64,000 nucleotides of DNA. Source: Vampirovibrionaceae bacterium NZW_1234. GTDB taxonomy: Bacteria; Cyanobacteriota; Vampirovibrionia; Vampirovibrionales; JAGQHJ01. The notes below the pieces were generated by a model, which was given only the letters and a program-made list of their open reading frames with translations, was not told where the DNA came from and made no database searches. Location of the stretch: contig JBGUGD010000016.1 in assembly GCA_041697335.1 (NCBI GenBank), positions 96,001-160,000 on the forward strand. Reading direction: 5' to 3'. Shown here in pieces: positions 18,954 to 29,058 of this stretch. Within the stretch, counting starts at the first letter, position 1. Each line of letters starts with the position of its first letter. Position numbers and translations under genes: made by a program.

Positions 18954-20888
18954 TCAGCGTTGGCTGACAGCCAAGGTTTCACCCCATAGATCAGGGCGCC
19001 CTTGTCCTGCCAGAAACACGTCATACCATACTTTCAACACATATAAGTTCCATAACGGCTGGGCATGTTTCATCTTTCCAGAGGCCATCCGCTGATAAAG
19101 CCGGTTTACGTAGGGTCGGCTAAACAGCCCAGTCTCCTCAAACAAGGCACTGCTATTCAATTCTTCATAAATCTCAGAGCCCTTCGCCCAAAACCAATCC
19201 AATAAGGGGAGATCAAAGCCCTTTTTAGGTCGATCTACTATCGAATCCGGTAAATATCGCCGGGCATAGCGTCGCAGCAGATATTTACTTTCTCCCTCAG
19301 ACCACTTGAGATCTTCAGGTAGCCCCATGGTCCATGTTACAAGACCCGGATCCAAGAACGGGGCTCTGGCTTCCAACCCATGAGCCATGGAGACTTTATC
19401 CAGACCCAGCAATAAATTATTGGGTAACCAGTGGTCTAGATCATTCCACTGGAGCTGAAGATATTCGTCCCATGGCAATGCTGCCTTTAATTGCATGGCC
19501 TGATCTGATACCAAAGGGGAGTTCGGCAAGAGCAATTGTCGCTCTTGCTCGGGAAAGTTCCAATATGTTTGCCAAATGGCTTGATAATCCTGCCGCTCCA
19601 GAGCCGCTATTAGAAGCTGATACCTGCCCCAACTTAATCCAGACGGCTGCACCTGACTTAAGCCCAAACGGCCTAAGCGACGAAGCCATTGCGGCAACGT
19701 CGCCAACTTCGCCAGATATCGAAATCGCTGATACTTATGATACCCGCCAAAAATTTCATCCGCCCCTTGCCCTGTAATGACAACCTTCAGGTGCTTACAC
19801 GCATAGGCCGAAATACGATCTGTTGCCAAAAGCGATGGATCGGCGATCGGTTCATCCAAATGCCAAACAATTCGGGGCAACTCGTCCAAGGTTTCCGGCC
19901 CGATCTCAATTTCATGGTGGTCTGTTTGAAGCGCTTCGGCTGTTGCACGAGCAAAAACTCGCTCATCCTCACTACGACGACTTTGACGATACCCAACACT
20001 GAAAGTCTGTAAGGGATAGTCCGTATGGTGTTTTGCCATTGCCGTCATCAAGCTTGAGTCTAATCCACCACTCAAAAAGACCCCAACAGGAACATCTGCC
20101 GCTTGAACCCGCAATTGCACCGACCGATACAGTCTTTCATCCAGTTCCGACAAGGCCGTTTCTATACTTAAACCTTGGTTTTTTCGGCGATCGGCCTCAA
20201 TTTTTGCTTGTAATTCTTGACTTTCAACCACTTGTATCTGATTTGTCTCGGCAAACCAATACAATTGATGCCCAGGAGAAAGCTTGAAGATCCCCTCAAA
20301 CATCGTCAAGGGATGAGGTACATATTGTGTAGCCAGGTACCATTGCACGGCTTGCGGGTTTAGGACAGGTCGACCCGGATAAACTGCTAAAAGCGCTTTC
20401 AACTCGGAAGCAAAACAGATGCCACTGTCATTAACGAAATAGTACAATGGTTTTTCACCGATTGGGTCACGAGCTAAGAGCAACCTTTGTCGAACTTCAT
20501 CCCAAAGTGCAAAGGCATACATTCCTTCAAGATGGCCAAACATCTTTTCTCCAAAGGCATCATAGGCCATCAACACAACTTCTGTATCGCTTTTTGTGCG
20601 AAATACCTTGCCTTGATGTTCTAATTTGTGTCTTAAATCCCTGAAATTATAGATTTCACCGTTCAGTACCAGAACCAGAGGCTTTTCTGGGTGACACATT
20701 GGTTGCTGACCCGATGCCAGGTCGATAATACTCAATCGCTGATGACCAAAACCACCATTTGAAAAAATGCTCTTACCAGTTTCATCAGGTCCTCGGTGAC
20801 GCACACTGTGGAGCATCTGATCCAAAAGGCGATGTGCCTCCCCAGATGCGGTCGGTTTTGCACGAAAGAAGCCAACAATGCCACACAT
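18954..20888 (-). CDS. asnB: Asparagine synthase (glutamine-hydrolysing)-like amidotransferase
   Basis: MCGI N-terminal nucleophile, HRGPD, RLSIID, NGEIYN, FLSGGLDSS, TGQGADEIFGGY, MAHGLEARAPFLD, RPKKGF. Confidence 0.93.
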   Translation of the reverse strand: MCGIVGFFRAKPTASGEAHRLLDQMLHSVRHRGPDETGKSIFSNGGFGHQRLSIIDLASGQQPMCHPEKPLVLVLNGEIYNFRDLRHKLEHQGKVFRTKSDTEVVLMAYDAFGEKMFGHLEGMYAFALWDEVRQRLLLARDPIGEKPLYYFVNDSGICFASELKALLAVYPGRPVLNPQAVQWYLATQYVPHPLTMFEGIFKLSPGHQLYWFAETNQIQVVESQELQAKIEADRRKNQGLSIETALSELDERLYRSVQLRVQAADVPVGVFLSGGLDSSLMTAMAKHHTDYPLQTFSVGYRQSRRSEDERVFARATAEALQTDHHEIEIGPETLDELPRIVWHLDEPIADPSLLATDRISAYACKHLKVVITGQGADEIFGGYHKYQRFRYLAKLATLPQWLRRLGRLGLSQVQPSGLSWGRYQLLIAALERQDYQAIWQTYWNFPEQERQLLLPNSPLVSDQAMQLKAALPWDEYLQLQWNDLDHWLPNNLLLGLDKVSMAHGLEARAPFLDPGLVTWTMGLPEDLKWSEGESKYLLRRYARRYLPDSIVDRPKKGFDLPLLDWFWAKGSEIYEELNSSALFEETGLFSRPYVNRLYQRMASGKMKHAQPLWNLYVLKVWYDVFLAGQGRPDLWGETLAVSQR

Positions 20889-21113
20889 GGCTCTTCATTC
20901 CTGTCCTGTCTCACGGATGATTTCGGTGCCCAAAGCAACCCCATTGAAAGACACGCTAAAACCCTAACACGCAAGGGGTTAGCTGAATCTCATTGTTGTT
21001 TCAGCTTTTTCATCTTCAGCGATTCACGCCAGGAACGTCAACCTCAGTTAGACTAGCCCATTAGGCCAGTGTCCCGATTAAATTATTCTCAATAAGTGCG
21101 CAAAACCAGTAAC

Positions 21114-22169
21114 TTAACTGACAAGCATCTCATCAAGTTGCAAGTCCATTTCGTTCAGACCAGACATCAGACTGCCTTCAACCGACTCATAAATCAATTC
21201 AATGCGACGCAATTTTTCTTCTTCGGCCTCGGCCACTTTCTGGGCTCGATGCTTTTTCAGCTGCCGTAATTTTAAGCGATAACGCCGTTCCAACTCTTCC
21301 AGTTGTTTGCGATACGCTTCTTCTACCGGCTGAATCTTCAGATAGCCCAAGTGAATCTTTTCCTGCTTGGCCAAGACTTGTGACAAGGCATCTTGTTCCC
21401 CAAGGTAAAAGTCAATAACCAGGGATTTAACAAGCTTCTTCATGGCTGCAACGTCTGTTTCTTTTTGCCCTTTATCTTTTTCCCACTTTTGGCGGGCAGA
21501 CATCATCTGCTTGAGGAGCAATGCTTGAGCCATCGGCGGCAGTTGATGGAAATCTCGCTTTAGGGCCGCCGAAAACTCAAGGAACTGGCTTAGAGAAAGT
21601 CCTAACAAGGCTTCATATAAGATTGCCTTGCCTAAGGGCTTCTCTGTTAAGTGGGGGGAAAACAAGATCAGCTTCATCTGCGTATGAGCCGAAATTTGGA
21701 CGGAATTATCCATACCGTTAAAGGCTAAATACGCTTTGAGCAAACTCAGAGCAGACTCTCGGACCAAAGTATCAGAACTTTTCAGCCCTTCAGCCCAGGC
21801 TTTACTCACAATATATTCATTCGGACGCTTTTTAAGATAAAACAGCGATTTTTCAAAAGGACTTTCCGCGTACACTTCTACCTGTTCACGCCAGTACTTC
21901 TGCTCAGGCAGCATAAAGGGATGGCTGGTTCCCGCCACAGGCCCCCGCTGGAAGGGTAACACCGACATGATCCAGTTCTTGACGGACTGAGTTGCGTTTT
22001 CAAAACGCTGCCCCAAAGAAGGCTTTGGAGACGCTGCTTTAGCAATCCCCTCAGTTACAACCGATATGGTTGCTGTCGATGGGAACACTTCAGGCAACAA
22101 GGTCGATGACCCGTCGCCCCGCACAGGAACCCCTATGACTGGTAATTTCGTTGGCCAAGCCAATCTCAT
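21114..22169 (-). CDS. Hypothetical protein (HEAT-like segment, C-terminal coiled coil)
   Basis: 351-aa ORF; LKSSDTLVRESALSLL HEAT-like motif and charged helical C-terminus. Confidence 0.75.
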   Translation of the reverse strand: MRLAWPTKLPVIGVPVRGDGSSTLLPEVFPSTATISVVTEGIAKAASPKPSLGQRFENATQSVKNWIMSVLPFQRGPVAGTSHPFMLPEQKYWREQVEVYAESPFEKSLFYLKKRPNEYIVSKAWAEGLKSSDTLVRESALSLLKAYLAFNGMDNSVQISAHTQMKLILFSPHLTEKPLGKAILYEALLGLSLSQFLEFSAALKRDFHQLPPMAQALLLKQMMSARQKWEKDKGQKETDVAAMKKLVKSLVIDFYLGEQDALSQVLAKQEKIHLGYLKIQPVEEAYRKQLEELERRYRLKLRQLKKHRAQKVAEAEEEKLRRIELIYESVEGSLMSGLNEMDLQLDEMLVS

Positions 22170-22348
22170 CGAATTATTAACTCTTTATCCTTTGTTGTTC
22201 CACTCGTGTGTAGGACACACTCTATCACCTTGGATTTAACTCGACAACGATAATACCTGATGGAGGCGTAACTTTCTCGGATACACTCGACCAGAGCGCC
22301 ATGGGCCGCTAAGTACCTCTTTATCATGCGATCAAGACTCGTAGCCAT
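22166..22348 (-). CDS. Possible small protein coupled to the downstream gene
   Basis: ORF MATSLDRMIKRY... whose TGA overlaps the ATG at 22169 (ATGA). No recognisable domain. Confidence 0.25.
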   Translation of the reverse strand: MATSLDRMIKRYLAAHGALVECIRESYASIRYYRCRVKSKVIECVLHTSGTTKDKELIIR

Positions 22349-22613
22349 ATGTCTTTTAATGAATAACAATCAAACACTCTCATATACAAAAGGCCTTTGA
22401 AGGTTATTCACTACAGGATGCAATATTACTTAGCCTTTACCTGCTCATCCGACTTACAGCCTCAATCCTGAAATGCATCCCTACTTCAAACAGGCAGACA
22501 TTGCAAAAAGACATTTATTATGATAAAAACAAACTTTGATACACTAGAGCGTTTCCAACCCTTGTTAGCGGCCATCTAGGGTGAGGAAGATACTTATAGG
22601 GAAGAGGTGGGAT

Positions 22614-23195
22614 GTGAAAACAAACCATATTTTATTCACCAGTAACACGAAGCATACAAAACCCGTCCATAGCAACTTTCGGATTGCAGCGCCACTGATG
22701 AAACTGATTGAACGCCCAAAACATTTTCATGACATTGAGATTCGGGGCGAGTTTGCCAAGAAATGGGCTGATAATCCCCAAGGCGCCATCGTAACTTTAG
22801 CCGATATATTGGCAAAAGCAAGCATAGCCTTGGACACAAAACCGACTCTCTCGAAAATCACCACTCAAGAAACAACAGATAAAATGCACCGCTACTTACA
22901 ATTCTTCCGTCGTGAAAATTTCTGGGACCCTCGCCCCGAAGAGCGTACCCGATTGATCTCAAGAATCTTAGACGAATTTCGAGGGCAAACCCGTCGAGAC
23001 CCGAATAGCCAATCTCAGGCTCAGGCTTTAAACTTGCCCGCCTCAGAAGGCGCTTGGCGAGGGCTGATCACGTTAATCCGAGACAGAGCCAAGCAACCGG
23101 TCTTAGACATACTTGAACAAATGAATGCGCTTGTTCCCATATCCTCACAACACCCCAAACCCATTCTTCACAAACCTCCTGAATTTTTAGACTGA
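22614..23195 (+). CDS. Hypothetical protein
   Basis: GAGGTG SD before GTG at 22614; about 193 aa. Confidence 0.65.
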   Translation: MKTNHILFTSNTKHTKPVHSNFRIAAPLMKLIERPKHFHDIEIRGEFAKKWADNPQGAIVTLADILAKASIALDTKPTLSKITTQETTDKMHRYLQFFRRENFWDPRPEERTRLISRILDEFRGQTRRDPNSQSQAQALNLPASEGAWRGLITLIRDRAKQPVLDILEQMNALVPISSQHPKPILHKPPEFLD

Positions 23196-23283
23196 TACAT
23201 GGTTCATTTACAGGACGTGACAAGAGGCTGAATCCGATTACACTAAAGCTATAGATTGGGATTCAATTCAATCGGAGTCAAGT

Positions 23284-24069
23284 ATGACCATGTCGTTTCG
23301 CACATTCCGAACGGTTGTGTTATTGCTTCTTATCGGCTTTCTCCTGCCCATAAGCTTGGCAAGCGATGATTTTCAAGGTATCCAAGAGCTCCCTGACTAT
23401 CCTGTCTATCCAACAGGGCAACCTGCCCCTGGAACCTTTTATCCCATGCCTGGACAGCCCAACTATCCAACACCCTACACCACAATGTACGCACCCTATC
23501 CACCCCCAGCACCGACACAAGCCCCATTGGCCCAAGAGCCCCCTAAGCCGTGGTACAAAAAGCTATTGAGCCCTGTTTCCAAGAAAGCCAATCTACCCAT
23601 CAAACAGGTTCAACCGGTACCCAAGGATAAACCCAAAGAAACCTTAGCCTTGAAAGACCCGATTATTCGGCTGGCAAAAGGCATACGGTATAATCACCAA
23701 AGCCTTCCTCCAGGAATTTACCTGCTTCGTCTCATTGAGAGCAATAATGATACAGAGGCAAGCTTAGTCATACAACGCCAACAACACCCCATGCTTACCG
23801 TCCCAATCGGATCCCGCACCGGAAATACCATGGAAAAAGCTGATCCAAAAGCCCAGTCGCTTCCACCAGCTCCTGATATTACTAGTAAAGCCAGCGAGAA
23901 GGGCAAAGCCCAACACAGTACTTCTATACAAGAGACCAAGACACCCCCGGAAGCAGAAGGGTGGGTGGAACTTTCAGAAGATGGCCAAAGCGTCAAATTG
24001 GTGTATAAAGCCCCCAAAATAGTTTATACATCAGTTCCACTTCTAGTTGATGGCCCTTGGCAACCTTAA
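23284..24069 (+). CDS. Hypothetical secreted proline-rich protein
   Basis: Signal peptide-like RTFRTVVLLLLIGFLLPISLA, Pro/Tyr-rich segment, beta-rich C-domain (LPPGIYLLRL). GGAG SD. Confidence 0.8.
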   Translation: MTMSFRTFRTVVLLLLIGFLLPISLASDDFQGIQELPDYPVYPTGQPAPGTFYPMPGQPNYPTPYTTMYAPYPPPAPTQAPLAQEPPKPWYKKLLSPVSKKANLPIKQVQPVPKDKPKETLALKDPIIRLAKGIRYNHQSLPPGIYLLRLIESNNDTEASLVIQRQQHPMLTVPIGSRTGNTMEKADPKAQSLPPAPDITSKASEKGKAQHSTSIQETKTPPEAEGWVELSEDGQSVKLVYKAPKIVYTSVPLLVDGPWQP

Positions 24070-24089
24070 AATAACCTGCCAAAGAGAAA

Positions 24090-25289
24090 CTAATACTGCT
24101 CAACCTGACGTTTAAGCAAAAGCTGTTCACAAATTCGATACGCTTGAACCTGAATTGCAACTATTTCAGGAGTTTCTGGCATCAACATCAGGGCCTTCAG
24201 TAACGGAACTGCTTCCTCTAAGGCTAATATATCAATTGCCTTCAGGTATTTGGCCGTGATGCCATTAAGCACCATTTCGGATAACAGCTTTTCCCGACCC
24301 CACATATACGCTCCAAAGGACGCCATCGTGATGGCCATCTCCCCATTAACTGCACGATTCAACAAGGCTGTTGGGGTTTCCAAAGGAAACAACGCCTCAA
24401 TTAACGGGACAGCCTTACGTAAACGACGCTTACGGACTTGCTTAACAGCCTCGATAATAACCAGAGGGGTCCCTCGGTAATCAGGAGAGAGACACGTCAA
24501 GTAAAATTGATCCACCTCGGGATAATCAAATTTCGCAAGCGCCTTCATAACGGCTCGAAGATACTCTGGGTATTCACGAGCGAAAGAAATCAAGGGTTTT
24601 ATAACACGATAACGCCCAATTTGTCCTAGCAGAGCAATGATTCGATAATTATGATCTGCCATTCTTGCGGGAAAGCAATTGAGAACCAAATCGGTCACTT
24701 CATTCCGGTACTGCTCAAGTCGGCGTAGAGCCTCCAGAACAATATCCTCCTGGACATTGCCCTGAATAAAACGGTTTAGCAGCGTATGGATCGCAAAAAT
24801 ACGCTCTTGAGGTGATTCACTGTAATCCAATTCCGATAACCATGTGAGTGCCTCATGGACTTGCTCCTCAGAAGCAACAGCAACCCATTCCGCCAAAGGA
24901 TAAGCCAACCAAGGCTCTTGAAAATGACGGATTTTCGATAGGACCTGACTGCGCCAAGAGCGTGGCAATCGGTTGTGACGGATAAAATCTTCAAATACCC
25001 AGCGAATCACCCACTGCTGAATCCCAGGTTCGGTGGAATGCAGCAATGTCTCCATGCGTTCCAAAAATGCCCGCAGTGCCCCTTCAGTAACACCTGAACT
25101 ATTAGCTGCTATAGGCAAGCCATTTTCCAAGAACTGACGAAGCGACTCCTCCAAGCCACCTACATCGGCGGGACGAGCAAACAAGGACTTAACCTGAACC
25201 AGCGCTTTAAGCGGAATAATAATCAAACCCTCTCTAATACAATCTATCCTTGGAACGGGCAACAGTTGCAATACTTGTAGTAAACGCAA
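24090..25289 (-). CDS. HEAT-repeat-like hypothetical protein
   Basis: IIALLGQIGRYRVIKPLI, VMKALAKF, AVPLIEAL and EAVPLLKAL helical repeats; start uncertain. Confidence 0.75.
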   Translation of the reverse strand: MRLLQVLQLLPVPRIDCIREGLIIIPLKALVQVKSLFARPADVGGLEESLRQFLENGLPIAANSSGVTEGALRAFLERMETLLHSTEPGIQQWVIRWVFEDFIRHNRLPRSWRSQVLSKIRHFQEPWLAYPLAEWVAVASEEQVHEALTWLSELDYSESPQERIFAIHTLLNRFIQGNVQEDIVLEALRRLEQYRNEVTDLVLNCFPARMADHNYRIIALLGQIGRYRVIKPLISFAREYPEYLRAVMKALAKFDYPEVDQFYLTCLSPDYRGTPLVIIEAVKQVRKRRLRKAVPLIEALFPLETPTALLNRAVNGEMAITMASFGAYMWGREKLLSEMVLNGITAKYLKAIDILALEEAVPLLKALMLMPETPEIVAIQVQAYRICEQLLLKRQVEQY

Positions 25290-25498
25290 CCCAAAGAGGG
25301 AAGCACGAACTCCTAATAGTGTATCGGGTTACTCCAGATTCTCAAACGCTGCGCAGCTAAAGCGATAAAAATATTTACAATTGGTCGTCTTTCGCCCAAA
25401 ATACGGGTATCATAACTTCGTGTTCTAGACACACTCATTCATCGTTTGTTCTGTTTGTCTTTTTTTCTTGTCATCGTTGAAAGTAGAAGGAATCGTTC

Positions 25499-26869
25499 AT
25501 GTCGATTACAACAGATTTGCCGCTTCATCGCAATGCGCCGACCCCAACGGTTGACGACATTATGAAAGAAGCCAAAGCCCAAGATGTTAAATTGGTACGC
25601 CTACAGTTTGTGGACGTTCATGGCCAACCTAAAAACATGTCTATCCACATTACCCAGTTGGAGAAAGTTCTGAACAACGAGATCATGCTGGATGGCTCTT
25701 CTATTGCCGGCTTTCGAACTATCGAAACCTCGGATATGTATTTTTACCCAGACTTAACGACCTTTAAAGTCTTGCCTTGGATGGAAGGCAATCGAAGAGT
25801 GGCCCGTCTCATTTGTGACATCCACAACCCGGACGGCACCCCCTTTGAAGGCTGCCCTCGGAACAACTTAAAACGCGTGCTTCGCCAAGTTGAAGAACAA
25901 GGCTATGTCTACAACGTTGGGCCGGAGCTGGAATTTTTCCTCTTTAAGAAACACCCTGATGGCACCATTTCGCCAGAAACCCATGACTCTGCAGGCTACT
26001 ATGACTTGGGTCCCGATGATATGGGTGAAGTCGTTAGGGGTGAAATTGTTGACACACTGGAACGCCTGGGCTTTGAAATGGAAGCTGATCACCATGAAGT
26101 GTCCCAGGGCCAGCATGAGATTGACTTTAAGTATGCCGATGCTCTGCGTACGGCAGATAACGTAACGACCGTCAAAATCATTACCCGCCTTATTGCTGCT
26201 CAGCACGGCCTGCATGCGACCTTTATGCCCAAGCCCGTCTTTGGTATCAATGGTTCTGGGATGCACGTGAACCAGTCTTTGGGTGATAAAAACGGGAACA
26301 ATGTCTTTACCAGTGAAGACGGCCAATACAAGCTGTCTCAAGAAGCATTATGGTTTATTGGCGGTATACTAAAACACATTCGTGGTATTACTGCTGTTTG
26401 TAACCCTCTGGTCAATAGCTATAAACGCCTGGTGCCGGGTTATGAAGCTCCTGTTTATGTTGCTTGGTCTCCGTCCAACCGCAGCGCCCTGCTTCGGGTT
26501 CCTGCAAAACGAGGTAAATCCACCCGGATTGAGCTTCGCTCACCTGATCCGTCAGCCAATCCCTACATGGCCTTTGCCGTTATGGTAATGGCTGGCTTGG
26601 ACGGGATCAAAAATAAAATTGATCCCCCCGCCCCTGCAGATGTTAATATCTACAAACTCACGGCAGAAGAGCGAGCCCAAATGGGTATACCTGCGTTGCC
26701 CGGAAGCTTGTATGAAGCCTTAGAGGAACTCAAGAAAAGTGAAATTGCCAAAGCTGCTTTGGGAGATCACATTTACAGCGAGTTCTTACGTACAAAAGAA
26801 CGGGAATGGGATGAGTTTCGCATCAACGTTTCACCTTGGGAAACGGAGCGTTACCTCAGCCGCTACTAA
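25499..26869 (+). CDS. glnA: Glutamine synthetase type I
   Basis: DGSSI, GPELEFFLF, HHEV..GQHEI, ATFMPKP.FGINGSGMH, NSYKRLVPGYEAP, RIELRSPDPSANPY. Confidence 0.97.
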   Translation: MSITTDLPLHRNAPTPTVDDIMKEAKAQDVKLVRLQFVDVHGQPKNMSIHITQLEKVLNNEIMLDGSSIAGFRTIETSDMYFYPDLTTFKVLPWMEGNRRVARLICDIHNPDGTPFEGCPRNNLKRVLRQVEEQGYVYNVGPELEFFLFKKHPDGTISPETHDSAGYYDLGPDDMGEVVRGEIVDTLERLGFEMEADHHEVSQGQHEIDFKYADALRTADNVTTVKIITRLIAAQHGLHATFMPKPVFGINGSGMHVNQSLGDKNGNNVFTSEDGQYKLSQEALWFIGGILKHIRGITAVCNPLVNSYKRLVPGYEAPVYVAWSPSNRSALLRVPAKRGKSTRIELRSPDPSANPYMAFAVMVMAGLDGIKNKIDPPAPADVNIYKLTAEERAQMGIPALPGSLYEALEELKKSEIAKAALGDHIYSEFLRTKEREWDEFRINVSPWETERYLSRY

Positions 26870-26877
26870 AACCCTTT

Positions 26878-26914
26878 GCCCCTCGGTGCCCTATGGTACC
26901 GAGGGGCCATTTTT
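26878..26914 (+). terminator. Intrinsic terminator of glnA
   Basis: GCCCCTCGGTGCC-ctat-GGTACCGAGGGGC 13-bp stem (one G-U), followed by CATTTTT. Confidence 0.75.
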
Positions 26915-26963
26915 CAGTGTATTCGCATAAAAACGACCATTTAAGCACAGACATGGGGGTTTA

Positions 26964-27407
26964 CTAATAAATCCAAAGTGGAAGACCTGTCACCTCGTCA
27001 TGCCCTCGAAACAGGGGATCATGGCCTGCAAGGGCATGAATCATAAATTCACAGGCGAATACCACCGCAGTGCCCTTGACCAAGTGACCGCCAAAACAAC
27101 CAAAATCCTGGCCAGACAAACTTAAATGCATATGGATAACCGGCTTATTCTCTTTTAACGATACATTGCCCGTTCCATTTAAAATTTCAAACTCCCCCTC
27201 AAAGGTTCGGGTCACATAGTTATGGGTCTGTTGATCGTAATACGCTAGATCCACCTTTGAGAGCGCCCCTAAAATATTAACCCACGCGGTTTTCACCTCA
27301 TTTTCGAGGCAAAACGTCTCGAGCGTATCGATAATATCCTTCCCATGATCAATGTTTCCCAGATATATCGCTTGTGAGCCAAAGGCTCGGACCACTTTAA
27401 CTCCCAT
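26964..27407 (-). CDS. PPC domain (DUF296) protein
   Basis: GALS...L.YYD, FEILNGTGNVS, HMHLSLS, GGHL. GGAGG SD supports start 27407. Confidence 0.9.
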   Translation of the reverse strand: MGVKVVRAFGSQAIYLGNIDHGKDIIDTLETFCLENEVKTAWVNILGALSKVDLAYYDQQTHNYVTRTFEGEFEILNGTGNVSLKENKPVIHMHLSLSGQDFGCFGGHLVKGTAVVFACEFMIHALAGHDPLFRGHDEVTGLPLWIY

Positions 27408-27544
27408 GAGGATAGCCTCCTCCCGTACTGCCATGTTCCGTTTTTCCCATTTTTCGATAGAATGAGAGAAAACGCAATTGCGCGAGGGCTTTGAGTTATA
27501 ATTCATGACCCTCTTACAGCAGGAAAAGCAAAGGAAGTATACCC

Positions 27545-28807
27545 ATGAGCATTGTTGTCCAAAAATTCGGTGGAACCTCGGTTGGGGATGTGGAGCGCAT
27601 TCGGCGGGTTGCCCGAATTATTGCCGACACCTACGATCAAGGCAATCAAGTTGCAGTCGTTATTTCCGCCATGGGACACACAACTGATGAACTGGTTAGC
27701 CTCGCTCAAGAGCTGGTCGAAACTCCCAGTGGCCGAGAATTCGATGCCTTGCTGATTACAGGAGAAATGGTCTCTGCGTCCCTTATGGCAATGACGCTCA
27801 ACAGTATGGGCTATAAAGCTGTTAGCCTGAATGGCCAACAAGCAGGGATTCATACGGAAGACCTGTATAACCGGGCCCGGATTTTAGAGATTGATACCGG
27901 TCGTGTACAATACCACCTGAACAATGGTGAAATTGTTATTGTTACTGGCTTTCAAGGCATCAATAGCAAGGGTGATTTTGCAACGTTAGGGCGTGGTGGT
28001 TCTGACACCTCTGCTGTCGCCCTGGCCGGTGCGCTTGGGGCTGAGCGGTGTGACATTTTTACGGATGTAAAAGGTGTCTATTCAACAGACCCCCGTATTG
28101 TTCCTGAGGCCGTTAAGCTTGACGGCATTACCTATATTGAAATGCTTGAATTAGCCAGAGTGGGAGCCCAAGTCCTTCACCCGAGAGCCGTAGAAACTGC
28201 CCGCCACGCTAACGTCCGGATTCGCGTCCGCAGTACATTCTACACCGATGATCTCGGAACCATGGTTAGCAATGAAACAGAAGCTGTAGAGCCCAATCAA
28301 CGTCCTGTTTCTGGTATTGCCTCCGATGAAAACCAAGCTCGAGTGGCTATTACTGGAGTTCCTGACCAGCCCGGTATTGCAGCCAAAATTTTCGGCAGCC
28401 TCGCCAGCCGGAATATCAGTGTGGACATGATTATCCAATCTCTGGATAAAGAAAACCGCAATGACATTGCCTTTACCGTAAGTGCTAACGATTTACCTGA
28501 CGCACTGGAAACCCTGGAGCAGGTTAAGGGCACTATTGAAGCGGAATCGGTTGTCCATGATACAGCTGTAGCAAAGGTCAGTATTGTTGGCATTGGCATG
28601 ATCGACCGTCCTGGGATCGCTGCCGATATGTTTGATGCCCTCTCACAAGCAGGCATTAACATTAAAATGATTGCTACCAGTGAAATTAAGATTAGCTGCC
28701 TAATAGAAAAAGATCAGGCAAAAGATGCTGTTCGCGCTATTCATCGGGTCTTCTTTTCGCCAGAAGAAGAGCCCACACTGGTTAGTGACCAAAAACTCGG
28801 CTACTAG
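27545..28807 (+). CDS. lysC: Aspartate kinase with two ACT domains
   Basis: VQKFGGTSV, SAMGHTTD, TLGRGGSDTSA, TDVKGVYSTDPR; ACT domains VPDQPGIAA and ATSEIKIS. Confidence 0.96.
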   Translation: MSIVVQKFGGTSVGDVERIRRVARIIADTYDQGNQVAVVISAMGHTTDELVSLAQELVETPSGREFDALLITGEMVSASLMAMTLNSMGYKAVSLNGQQAGIHTEDLYNRARILEIDTGRVQYHLNNGEIVIVTGFQGINSKGDFATLGRGGSDTSAVALAGALGAERCDIFTDVKGVYSTDPRIVPEAVKLDGITYIEMLELARVGAQVLHPRAVETARHANVRIRVRSTFYTDDLGTMVSNETEAVEPNQRPVSGIASDENQARVAITGVPDQPGIAAKIFGSLASRNISVDMIIQSLDKENRNDIAFTVSANDLPDALETLEQVKGTIEAESVVHDTAVAKVSIVGIGMIDRPGIAADMFDALSQAGINIKMIATSEIKISCLIEKDQAKDAVRAIHRVFFSPEEEPTLVSDQKLGY

Positions 28808-29016
28808 TGACCTTCGTTAAACCAGCGAACCCCAAGCCTACTTTTTGCCTTGGGGAGGTTTATCGCCAAAAACTATTCTCCCATTCGTGCTCTCAGACCT
28901 CCACTCATCCAAAGGGTGTAGATCCAAGGACCAATTTTTGTGGATCACAGGCGAAGTGAACTTCCCTTTCCTGTGAAAAACCGTATAATAAAAATTGAAA
29001 TTATACCCCTTCGATT

Positions 29017-29058
29017 GGCCGGACAAGAGCTTTTCTTCTCGTCCGGTTTCTTTTTTTG
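29017..29058 (+). terminator. Intrinsic terminator in the lysC-pyrD intergenic region
   Basis: GGCCGGAC...GTCCGGTT stem followed by TCTTTTTTTG. Confidence 0.65.

Noticed and set aside
20981..21010. Plus-strand terminator-like hairpin AGCTGAA...TTCAGCT-TTTT
   Set aside because: Weak stem with a 12-nt loop and no plus-strand gene upstream.
25319..25332. NtcA-like site GTG-N8-TAC upstream of glnA
   Set aside because: Imperfect match (GTA expected), lies within the neighbouring gene's upstream region, and is easily a chance hit.
25437..25498. glnA (glutamine) riboswitch-like words CGTT...GAAAGTAG...GAAGGAA upstream of glnA
   Set aside because: The P2/P3 stems cannot be formed; the intervening sequence is just U-rich.
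28262..28807. Nested beta-subunit start within lysC
   Set aside because: The in-frame ATG at 28262 has only a weak SD, and the usual start position is a GTA codon.
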